Below, in pieces: positions 35,854 through 56,539 of a DNA stretch of 64,000 nucleotides (positions are counted from its first letter, which is position 1; every line of letters begins with the position of its first letter). The notes below the pieces were generated by a model, which did no database searches, was not told the DNA's origin, and was given only the letters and a program-made list of their open reading frames with translations. This DNA comes from Haliotis rufescens (taxonomy: Eukaryota). The stretch is taken from positions 25,234,001 to 25,298,000 of the forward strand of contig NW_025964223.1 of the NCBI RefSeq assembly GCF_023055435.1. Reading direction: 5' to 3'. The translations under genes were made by a program, and so were the position numbers.

Positions 35854-36400
35854 TCTTAAAGTGGGAAACATACGTAGGATAACGTGGTGAATGACACGAC
35901 AGTTTCATGGAAATGTCTTTGATGTAATTCCATATTAAGTTAAATGATCAATATTTCGGATCCGCCATCTGTAAATATGCTGGTTTAATGTGAGAGAATT
36001 TTCTTCCTAATATATCACGCTTTACAGACAATCTAATATGTTAAACGCCCATCACGCATATTGCGAACGTTGCATTTGCTTACTCACGATGGTGCAAAAT
36101 ATTAATAAATTATTGAACAGGGAGAATCCTCTTAACGTGCTGTTGATAGGTTTTAATGTAAGTTTATGTCAATATTGGAGTGGCTAAGCGTATGATAAAG
36201 ATCGATCTCGCACCAAACATATCAGTATATACACAGCCTTATAAATACTACAGAAATAAAAATGTTTCATTAAAACTATACTTTGCTCTAAAGATCGTTT
36301 AACTCAGTTCCAGATGAACACAGTGTGAACGATTCACCGTACACTCCATAACATGCTTAGGACACTGCAACCCATGACAAAATGACCCTATTAATATTAT

Positions 36401-36752
36401 GGTGAGGTGAGGTGAAATTGGGATTAACGTCGCGTCCAAGATTATTGCACTTATATAACGACGCGCATGTACGTGTGTGTGTTTGTGTGGCTGCTTGTAC
36501 TAATCTGGACTGATGCCGATTTATATTGCTAGCTCACTAACATACCATGCCTCAGTTTAACATGAATACCCCACTCAGACACAGTATACTGACTCCGCGA
36601 GCCGACCAGTCTTTGTTTTAGCCCCGTAATGCCGAGCGCCAGACAGGGTAACAACAAGTACCATCTTTTAACGTCTTTTGGTATGGCGCGGCAGGGTATC
36701 AAACCCTTCCGCTCTCCCTGCGGACGCTCTACCACAAGACCACGGAGGCGGT
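36401..36752 (-). mobile_element. SINE family A copy
   Basis: Same head, body and tail as 17580-17931; AATATTATG on both flanks. Confidence 0.85.
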
Positions 36753-38291
36753 CTATAAATATTATGAACAATTAAGGATCAACACCATCAACTCTACTAA
36801 GATCATTCTGAGGCGCATAAATTCAGATATTATTTTTGAAAAAGTAACCTTAACATTTTATTCAGAACACCCGCCATAAGAAATATTACAAATATTTCAA
36901 TCTCTAAAGACGTCATGTTGGAAACTATGAAATACAGACTACAGTTCTCATGATCCATGACAGTTCTCATGACAGGAAATAGATACTGAAGGAACCATGC
37001 GTATAACGCTATATGTGATGGAGAGTGGTGCAACCACGCCATCAACAGCACGCGTACATAGCAAGAAGTATGACCGTAGCAGACTATGGTCATAATTGAG
37101 GCGAATACGAAATACCAACCCACAATCAAAGTGAAAAAATTAATCAGGTAGTTTTCACCACTTGGACACTGTAATCTGTTTAAAACAAATAAAGCAAAAA
37201 CAATAATCGATAAATCGAAATCGATCGATCAATCAATTTTAATTTTGAAACTGTGACTTAACACTCTCATGTTAACATTGTTTAAATCTAATATTGCTCT
37301 GAGTATCGGTGTGCATGGCGCTGTTATTCTCCATAGTTAATATCCGCACCCTTTTCTTCAAAATGTGCTTCAGCAGCAAAGGGTTAAACTGACACCTCCT
37401 GCATCATTAGTGACAGGTCTAGAAATTGATTTCCAATGAAGACAAGAGCGTATGCATAAGTTTCCATGTACAATTTTGAATTTTTAAAACTAAAACAAGC
37501 GGATGTAATCCCCCCAAGTACATCGCTGTCGATATTTCAGTGATGTGTCTCTTGATCATCTCTATGATACTCCGCGTTCGTGATGACAAACACATGCTCC
37601 ATCTTCACCCTGTTCTATGCCAACATGGAACTAGCACCAACCATTAGCAAACACATGGCCTTAAAAAGATGATAGTTTAAACTTTCCAAAATCAATTGGT
37701 GCCATGGCAACATCTGATCTTGGAAAAAGAAACAATACTTGAGTAAATACTTTCTCACTTTGACTCATAACAAGTACGTCCTATGTGCGAAGTAGAACAT
37801 GTATAATAAATTATGCACACAGCCAGCACTGTCTGGGTAAACACCCTGTTTCAAGAATCGGGCGTGTTCGTAACGATTTTTAGCCTTTGTACGAACCACT
37901 GAGAGAGTTCGCCCATCAGCCCTAGGCTAAGTTACTATATAGGGCTTGTCAGTCTGTTTGTTTGGTATCCTTGGTTTCAAACCATATTATAATGACGTAC
38001 GGGTGTTTGGAGATACAAACTGTTCTTCGATTGGATGTGATTCTGCAGCATAGGAATTTATATGGTGTTAGCCAAGGTGTACTAAGTACCTACATATCGA
38101 CATCAAAGTCATCTTACTTTGATCGACGACAACTTAAAACATGGAACCTTAAATGTCTACAGACATTATTGGACATTGTTGGTGTCAGTATTTGTACTAA
38201 TCTGGTTCTTGAAACTTCTACAAGGATAACTGGGACAATCTGCGATTGTGAGTTTTATTTGTGCCAGAAGGTGTTAATCGAGATTGTCAAA

Positions 38292-39599
38292 ATGCGCACA
38301 CTCGTCTTTCTCGGTTTCTTTGTGATGCAGTCTGTCAACGCTGCCTACGTTGACGACCTTCGACGTTTGCATAACGAAGTGATTGACGTCAACAACCCCT
38401 GGCTGCGCCCCTCTCTGAACAGCAACCTCCCCACGAAGGTGTCCATCATTTTCTTCTCGCTGTCCTCCATCTCCCTGGATGACATCACGCAGACGATGTC
38501 TTCATCCGGGTATCTTGGTGTCACCTGGCGGGATGAGTTCCTGAACTGGCCAGCGAGTAATTACAGCGGTATAAGCAGTCTATATCCAAACCCAAACAAA
38601 ATATGGCGTCCGACACTGGCCGTGAAAAATTCCATCGAGAAGGCGACGCCATTCCGGGCCGACTTCATGTACACAACGGTCACAGCTAACGGGGAGGTGC
38701 TGTGGTACCCCGGGGACGTGTTTCAGACAGTTTGTGAAATGGACGTTTCAAAGTTCCCATTTGATACTCATGTTTGTAACATAGACTTTACTCTTTGGCG
38801 TTCAACACCAACGGAGGTAGACCTCCTCCTCTTAAGTCGTATGAAATTTAATATGGACGAATTCGTCGAGAATAATCTTTGGCAACTTGTTGATCAGAAT
38901 GCCGAACGAATCAACAATACAAATTCCTACCCTTTCGTGAGACTGACCTTCACCTTGAGACGGCAGCCTCGCACTTACATCACAAACGTCGTGGCCCCCA
39001 TCTTTGCAATCGCCCTCCTCAACGTCTTCATCTTCCTCATCCCTTCTCAGAGCGGGGAGAAGATCCAGTTTGGCATCCTCGTCCTCCTGGCTTACGCCAT
39101 CTTCATGAGCTTCTCCGCGGAGACGCTGCCTCAAAGCTGGAACACGACCTCCACCCTCGGTAACTACTTTCTTGTCCTGGAGGTGTTCTGCCTCATCTAC
39201 ATCCTCCTCAGCATCCTCTCCGCCACCATATACGCCCGCGAGGACTTCCACCACGGCATCTCACCAACCCTGGCGCGTGTGGTGGAGAACATGGAGAAGA
39301 TCTTCCTCTGTAGATGCTGTAAGAAGAGACCCTCTAGCTCATCCACCATTGAAGTCTCCCCCATGGATGAGCCGTGTTCACATAACGGTACAGAGATGGA
39401 GTTCGGGACCAAGAGACCGCTTCCAGTCAGACGTATTCCGGAGAGGATTGAAATGAACTGGAAGAGGGTGAGTAGAGCATTCGACATGCTCTTCTTCTGG
39501 CTGTTCCTGCTCATCGTCATCTGCAGCATGATTGGTGTCATGACCTACATCACACCAATGATCAACTTCGATAAGGTCGAATCCGTTTTTAAGAACTGA
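38292..39599 (+). CDS. Intronless Cys-loop ligand-gated ion channel subunit, nAChR-like, non-alpha, 435 aa
   Basis: Signal peptide MRTLVFLGFFVMQSVNA; WRDEFLNW and IWRPTL motifs; Cys loop CEMDVSKFPFDTHVC (C-x13-C); four hydrophobic segments; SGEK before M2; WKRVSRAFD before M4; no vicinal CC in loop C. Confidence 0.93.
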   Translation: MRTLVFLGFFVMQSVNAAYVDDLRRLHNEVIDVNNPWLRPSLNSNLPTKVSIIFFSLSSISLDDITQTMSSSGYLGVTWRDEFLNWPASNYSGISSLYPNPNKIWRPTLAVKNSIEKATPFRADFMYTTVTANGEVLWYPGDVFQTVCEMDVSKFPFDTHVCNIDFTLWRSTPTEVDLLLLSRMKFNMDEFVENNLWQLVDQNAERINNTNSYPFVRLTFTLRRQPRTYITNVVAPIFAIALLNVFIFLIPSQSGEKIQFGILVLLAYAIFMSFSAETLPQSWNTTSTLGNYFLVLEVFCLIYILLSILSATIYAREDFHHGISPTLARVVENMEKIFLCRCCKKRPSSSSTIEVSPMDEPCSHNGTEMEFGTKRPLPVRRIPERIEMNWKRVSRAFDMLFFWLFLLIVICSMIGVMTYITPMINFDKVESVFKN

Positions 39600-41222
39600 G
39601 AGGTGTTATAGAATTTCTTGTTGAAGGTGAAAAAAATGCTTTCTGGTACGACTGTTGATGCTTCATACCAAAGTCACTTGTTTTTGAACGGCGTTTCTAC
39701 AGAATCTGCTGGTTGTATTGCTTCGTGCTTGATATTCTATTGAATACTGACTGACCTTGGCCTTTGGAAGAATAACTTGTCGGTTAAATGTTGACGGTCT
39801 CATACGGATTATGTTAGAAAGACACAGCTGTTGTTCTAAGCCACACGTGACAAGGTTTGTACGTAAAAATAACGTATTTGTATACCAGTTATCCATCTGA
39901 AGATTGTAAATTGGCTTCGTAAGGTAGATCTATCAGCTGATGTATCATAAAACATAATTTAGTCACTCTTGCATATGAAAAAAATGGCAAGTAAGAAAGG
40001 GACCGACCATTTGCTATTCTGGGGACAGTGGGTTGGGATTTTATCGAAAAAAATAAATTGTCCTAGAAAAATCTTGAAAAAAAACAGAAATTGTCTGCCA
40101 CAAAAAATTACATGTTCCAAGGTGTTTTTAAGAAATAAATTAAATCATAGTTTAAATTAATTATGACCTATTTTGCAGCTGTAGCTCGAAACCTGCACCC
40201 GTTATATAATACCATCAAACGTTAATGTATTAAGTGAGAGGTAAAAATGACTTATCGCTAGGCTTGATGGCATGGCTGTTGAATATACTCTGAATATATT
40301 TCGTTTGAAGTGAAGCAGTTTGGTATGACATTAAAATATATTTCTACTGTACAAACATATATTTTGTAGTACCTTAAGGTTTGCCACGGTCACATGACAA
40401 CTCTGCCATGAATTTTGAAACTGTTCAAATATCAGTAGCCACCCCTGATTGAAACTGCAGATTTGACACTCTCGAAATGCAATATATATATGAAAGTACT
40501 TCTTTCTCAATCATTGTCAATCGGTTCGGTTTGAAATTTAATTTTTGACGGTTAAATCTACAGATATAATCTCCTAATTATGCACATACACAATGTTAGT
40601 CTTTTGTTTTTTATTTAATTTTGTTTAACGTTATTAAATATGTATTAATAAATGTCTCACTTTAGTTCTGTGTATAGAGTAAAAGAAATATTAAATTTAT
40701 TTCAAAGCATACCACAATCAGTGCCTCATGTTAACGATTCAACCACGTGTTTTAGATAGCGCTCTTGGGTCATATAGCGAAAATAGTACTTCTAGCTGTC
40801 GAGTCATGCACTTTTGCACTATTTGTATATCAATTTGTATATATCATATTGTAATACTATTTCATATATGATGAATTAATGTAACATTCCTTATTGTACA
40901 TGCTGATTATCTGTCATAAAATGTTGAAGTGAGATTGTGTTACATATTGCTGCCACGTCAGTGTTGTAATTGGAACATGTACATATTTATATTGAATACA
41001 CGTGGATGTAACTGGACTGGAAGCAAAAAGTATTGTAACTCGCTATATAATGTTGATAGCTAATTATGGGCAATATTAATCCATCTTTGATTGTTAGCTG
41101 CGATTTATGTAACCTATTGTTGACCTTAATGTTGATGTCAAGTCCATACTGTTAATTATTATGTTATTTTGTGCCATTAAAAAAATCGATCTACTATGTA
41201 TATTTTTCTCTTTTTTTTTATC

Positions 41223-41225
<3 letters not shown>

Positions 41226-41287
<62 letters not shown>
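41226..41287. repeat. (GA)n microsatellite
   Basis: About 31 GA units. Confidence 0.95.
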
Positions 41288-41290
<3 letters not shown>

Positions 41291-41413
41291 TATTGCCTCA
41301 ATATGACAGCCTTTATATCCGCTTCACCTATGTACTGATACAGTTATATTTACGCGATACCCTTTATATCCGTAGTACCTGACACCACCCTCTCCGTCCA
41401 TTACGCCCACGAT

Positions 41414-41660
41414 GACCCGTGAAGATCCGGGGTAGAATATATATAGGTTTAGTAACCCATGCTTGCCGTGAGAGGCGACTAACGAGATCGGGTGATCATG
41501 CTCGCTGACTTGGTTGATGCATGTCATCGTATCCCAATTGCGTGGATCGATACTCATGATGTCAATCACTGGATTGTCTGGTCCAGACTCGATTATTTAC
41601 AGACCGCCGTCACATAGCTGTAATATTTCTGGGCGCGGCGTTAAACAACAACAAACAAAC
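41414..41660 (+). mobile_element. SINE-like family D copy
   Basis: Collinear with the reverse complement of 59401-59665; single core hairpin. Confidence 0.85.
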
Positions 41661-42209
41661 GTCGAAGATACCTTTTATATCCGTTTATCAGATTCTGTCG
41701 AGTGAACACGAAATAGAACCCCATTATCCCTTCTTGTACTTAAAGCGACTGATGAGTTTTCGGTGGCTGCAATGTGTGACATTGTACGTAGACATACGCT
41801 CATGCTATCAACCCCTGGTTTGCATGACCCAGGCTGGATTTTTACAGGCCACTGTGATTTACCTAGCATATTGTGGAATGCGACGCAGAACAACATTCAC
41901 TCATCCCTTCGCCCTACTTCCGGAACCATAACTCTACTATTTTGTGGGAATTAAGTGGCGTCTCACATGGAAAGACAGTGCCATGTTCATGGCCATAATT
42001 ACAAAAAATATGCTTTATATCGTTGAAAAAAATGCCTGCCACCAAACTTACAGTGTGTTGGCTCCTAGTTATCTTTTTGTCTGGTCTCGCAGCTGTAGTT
42101 ATCTGTTATCTGGTCTCAATAGAAAATACCGTAGTTAACTTTTTTTGACAGGGAGCGTTTTTTTTATTAAAGTTAACTTTCACAAGGAACAATGTTTTCT
42201 GTAAAAAAT

Positions 42210-42241
<32 letters not shown>

Positions 42242-44106
42242 TCCTCGGGTAATCAGCTTAACCCGGCCAGGCTACCCCTCCACGCATGTATAACGCAACT
42301 GTAAAATCTGGTTGAGGGTAAGGTTATCTAATTCTCTCCGCTGCCCATCAGGAAATTGCTAATGATGTATTGTTGGGATTAAGACATACCAGACAATTCC
42401 CAGACAACACGTGCAGAGGTCTCACATCACTAGTCTGACCGACACGTATTGGTAATGTTCAGACAGAACAGCCACTACCCGGTCATGTGTGATCTTGGAT
42501 AGATGTATCTATACATATAACACTTCTCACATTAGCACGGTAAGTAACAAGTAGTGAATAAATATTGACTACCCACAGAACATTAGCAAAAATTGAGAAA
42601 TCTAACAAAGAAATGCAGAATTCAGGTCTCTGATTAACAAGGAATGTCGGGGTTTGTAACTGAATCAAATGGCCAATTATCTATGAATTATCACGTGTAT
42701 ACATACGTCTATATATATTCTATTTATCTTTGTATGTGTATGATAAATACACACATTTGGTTGTTTAGTGGGGATACAATCTCCAATCAACACCTCTTTG
42801 TTACTCAAACACGTGTGTTTGTCCGCCACGCGTAATGATCGCCGATGCCGACCGGCGTCCCCGTTATAACGCGTCACCGCTGCGAATGGATCCCAAACTG
42901 GATTTCTGTGAGCGGAGACGCACATTTGCATGATGCGGTGATATTCGGTACAGTCCCTCAAGACTAGTCGTTACAGCGAGGTATGCATCATGTCATAATG
43001 CCACTCACATGTCTATATGCATGCTATGGGTATATATTTACCGTCGTATATGTTTTGTGCGGTTAAGGGACGACACGAACGCAGACACTGCCAGTTGCGA
43101 TGTGACATTGAGTTTATGTCTCCCATGTGAATATGAGACTACCGATATAAGAGCATTTTTTCTCTCACACATAAAGACAGTGTTGACACGGTAATTGAAA
43201 TAGATTATATTAACTCATGATGGCTGTTTTTGTTGTCAGCGAAACTCGGCTAAATAACGCTGTTCTGACCGACGCCATTTTTAGAAGCAGTTATCGATCG
43301 GCCACTATATTATGTTGATTGCAACCATTGTGATGATGAGGTATCGCCGCAGTGCAGCTGGTATCTAGTGGCTATTTATAGTAACACGTTGTCACATGAC
43401 TAGACTCATGTGCCTTTAAAAGCACATGTATTCTTGCTGCTGGCTGGAACATCTGTCGCGATGTTCACAATATATAAATAATTTTAAATGTGAGTTTTAC
43501 AATCATATTAATGTTACATTATATTGCATTACACTCTAGTTTACAATCATATTATAAGATCCAGCTGCATGACTTTCCACTTGACAGTAAATCTTTGAAT
43601 TATTTATTTCGTAAGGTCCCGATGTCCAGCGTTTATTCAAGGATTTACGATGCTTGTCGTAAGAGGCGACTAACGGGATAGGGTGGTCAGGCTTGCTGAC
43701 TTGGTTGATGCATGTCATCGTATCCCAATTGCGTGGATCGATGCTCTTGATGTCAATCACTGGATTGTCTGGCCCAAACCCGATTATTTACAGACCGCCG
43801 TCATATATCTGGAATATAGCTTAGTGCGGCGTTAAACAAAAAACAAAAAACTATATTTTGGAACTGTCAGGCATTACATATGTATATCCTATGCAGTTCT
43901 GTATGGAATTAACGTACATGTATGTTGCACGGTGGGTTGCCTGAACACTGGCAGGGGTATACATGATAGCCTGGTTTGTTTAACGAATCACACATTTCTG
44001 TGGCGTAAAACAACATCCACTTACTCACCATTAAGCATTTCTCACGCAATCATTTCAGGAGAATCCCCCCACCTCATGACTGTCACGTCAGAGAAGGAGA
44101 TCCAAG

Positions 44107-53247
<9,141 letters not shown>

Positions 53248-55483
53248 CGTACAACATTGACACATACGAAACTGAAACTTTAACAAGAACTACTCTTTTC
53301 TATGACTCCATTATCTTTGATTTTGTAAATTGAACAATGGTCTGCACTTTATGCAAAAAAACAATAATTTCTTTGTACAATTATGCACTGCTACATATAC
53401 TGATTGATAAGGGCCGTCTACTGTTGCGTTTAAAACCAATACTTCATTTCAAAAAGAGAAGGTAAATCAGTTCTGGAACCACTTACTCAAAGCGACCTTA
53501 CCGATAAGACGGTCGCATCTGCTATTCTTTTAACATTGACTTAATTGATTCAAAGCATTTCGAATGGTATGGCTCCCGTTGATTGTGTTATTCAAGTATC
53601 CGAATGCTTACATACTTTGTTTGTGGACGGTGTTTGGATATTTGAGCCCTTCCGCACCCTTTCGCTACAACACAGTCTATAAGGAGGAGCGCATCCTCCC
53701 GGGGTAAGGGAGTTAACTGACTGGACGTTTATTGACAGTAAACTCCCGTGCCTCGGGACAAAGGGAGGAGCGCTGATACGACTCCTTTAGATCTATTCAA
53801 TAATACCCTTGAATGTACTTTTAACGAGGTGCGGTGTGGTAACCTTGTGGTTAAAGCGTTCGCTTGTCATACCGAAGAACTGGTTTGATTTCCCATATGG
53901 GAATAATGTGTAGTGCCCATTTCCGGTGTCCCCGCCGACAAATGGCTGAAATAATGCTCACAGCGGTGTAAATCCATACTCAATCACTCACCAACTACCT
54001 GACCTCGCATCTCCCCAATGGAGAAAAAACATAGAGGCTGATGTTCAAAGAGGCTGTCGCCTTATCACCTTTGTTTTATCCTGCACCTCCACACAGGGGA
54101 CCTCTGACCTTCTCTGGCTGATAAATTAAGCAACATTTCTATGCAAAGGGTGAATGATGCGAGAGACTTCATGTTATGTGTGATGGTTATAAGTGTACAT
54201 ATAGAATGGCTGTCAGTAGAAATATTCTAATTTGTAAATATCTTGTTTCATGTAAATAAACAAATCAATAAACCGTAATACCAGTTATAAGCGTGCTTGT
54301 AATCGATTGTCAAAGACTAAGATATGCAAAGATATAGCAAATGTGACATCTTCGTGCCATACACCTATGATTGTGGGTTCGGATCCCAGATATCTTGGTT
54401 TGTCAGCACTCCACCCCTGCGAGTTTCTCCAAAGAGGTTAATATCTAAGACCTGCACCACCCAAGATTTTCCTTTATATCAAGCTGACATACAATGATGT
54501 AACTGAAATATTGTTGAAATAAACAAAATTCATACACTTTTGTGTGTGGTTCAAACCAGAATAGGACTTCAGCAACCCATGCTTGCTGTAAAAGGCAACT
54601 CTGTTTATCGTGAGGGGCGACTAACAGGATCGGGTTGTCAGGCTGGCTGACTTGGTTTATGCATTTCATCGTACCCCATTTGCGTGGATCGATGCTCATG
54701 ATGTCAATCACTGGATTGTCTGATCCAGACTCGATTATTTGCAGACCGCCTTCATATGGCTGAAATATTGCTGAGTGTGGTGTTAAACAACAGTCAAATA
54801 AAACAAAACCATGGATCTACAGAGCTACATACTTCTCTGGCATATGTTGAAGCTTGCGCTACACGCGTCAGGTTTACCCAGGCACATTAATGCAGTACAA
54901 CCTTACAACAGAAAGTCCAATGCCTGTATCTACCTTAATGACATAGCCATGGGCACTTCCGGTTTAATGACATCACTCTCGGTTAGGGAAATACACGACA
55001 ACGTAATGACAGACACTCCCACGCCTCAAGCTACCCATAACAAGAACGAAGTGTGCACTCCCGCTGTAATTACCTTGATCTGAAGAATCCTGTAGGCCAT
55101 GGATGGGCTGAGAGAAGATGGAACCCAACAGTAGAGAATGAACCCACCTCAACTGTAGCGATATTTTTTGCAACGGATCACGGAAATGTCCCTGTCTCTT
55201 AGCAGGTCTTCCTTGCATGGAATAATGTTTCTGTACAAAGAGTACAACATCAGGAATATATAGATATGGATCTTGACATCAGAAATGTTATCACTGATAA
55301 CCTATGACCTATCGTTGTGTTCCCAGTAAATTCAGTTTTTCGTGATGTTATAATAATTCTTATGAATCAAATGGACTGAAAATCTAAACAATAAAAACAA
55401 AACAAGATTTGGGTCATCTTGGAAACGGTTTTGTACAATAACCCTACCACCAAATGAAACACCCACAACCACCCCTTTTCAGC

Positions 55484-56528
55484 AGTTCATTTAAGAATTG
55501 AACGTCAGTTTGAACCAATCCAAACTGACGTTCAATTCTTATAATTTCGGAGTCGAGAAAATATCCGTAGACGGAATTAGAAATGTACTATTCCGGTTTC
55601 TGAGTTGGTCGACCTTCTCCGTGCATTCTAGGCCGAGAAGCGGTGGCACATGAGGAGTGACGGGGCACAGTAATGAAGCTGGCATCAGGTCATACAGTAG
55701 GTCCATCTCAGGTGACAAGAAACACCAGCTAAGCAAAGTATTACAGCACACGCGACAAATCCCAAACTCCAAATATAACACACCCTGACGTTGAAAATTC
55801 ACACAAAAACACACAAGTGTCAGAGCACTCGGTTCAATCCCCACCAGTCCATTCCGCATCGTCCGAATTGGTTTGGGATTATCCAAACACAAGCAACACA
55901 TTCATAAATCGGTGATATTCCCAATTTGCTAGTGCCATGAGAGGGTTCACGCGTCGGGGTGTTTTCCATAACTGCTCCATAAACGTCATTTTCAACTGCA
56001 GTAAGTATAAATTTCATCCTCAAGCTCCCGTTCGACTCGAAATACACCTCTTTACAAACTTATGTGACGTCATGTATAAATCCGCGCTTGAAAATTGACC
56101 TCACCTCGGTGCATCGAGGTCATGTTTATATTTTTGTTCAACTTCCTGTAACCTATTTTTAAGATTTGATTAATCCCATATATTGTTTGTAAATTTGTTC
56201 AGAGAATGAAATTATGTTGACATATTCCTAGATTATGTTGTATATATTCAAAGAACTATTTTTCTTTGCGTAACTGAGTATGAGTGGGGAAACGTATGTG
56301 ACCGAGAGCCGGCAAATACCGACAAAATAACATTGTTGTAATGTTCTTCGGCGAAACCAGAGGACTTCAAATTTAAGCAAACATTGTTACAATATTATTC
56401 GGCGAAACTACAAAGTATGAAATTATAAGAATTTCGCAAGCTCGGAGGTTCACACAGTTTAACCAGCGCTTTTAAATCGTTCACACTTCAATCAACCCAT
56501 CCAAACTGACGTTCAATTCTTAAGTGGA
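55484..56528. mobile_element. ~1-kb non-autonomous TIR element
   Basis: GTTCATTTAAGAATTGAACGTCAGTTTG ... CAAACTGACGTTCAATTCTTAAGTGGAC; an extra inverted TIR copy makes a palindrome at 55491-55540. Confidence 0.7.
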
Positions 56529-56539
56529 CGACATTAATA

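Noticed and set aside
37962-38291. 110-aa N-terminal extension of the channel ORF
   Set aside because: It starts at a TTG; the ATG at 38292 is in good context and begins a signal peptide.
38832-39541. Antisense and alternative-frame ORFs over the channel gene
   Set aside because: Shadows of GC3-rich coding sequence.
53268-53279. ISRE-like GAAACTGAAACT after the GMC stop
   Set aside because: Isolated motif in a 3' UTR with no STAT or Rel sites nearby; may be chance.
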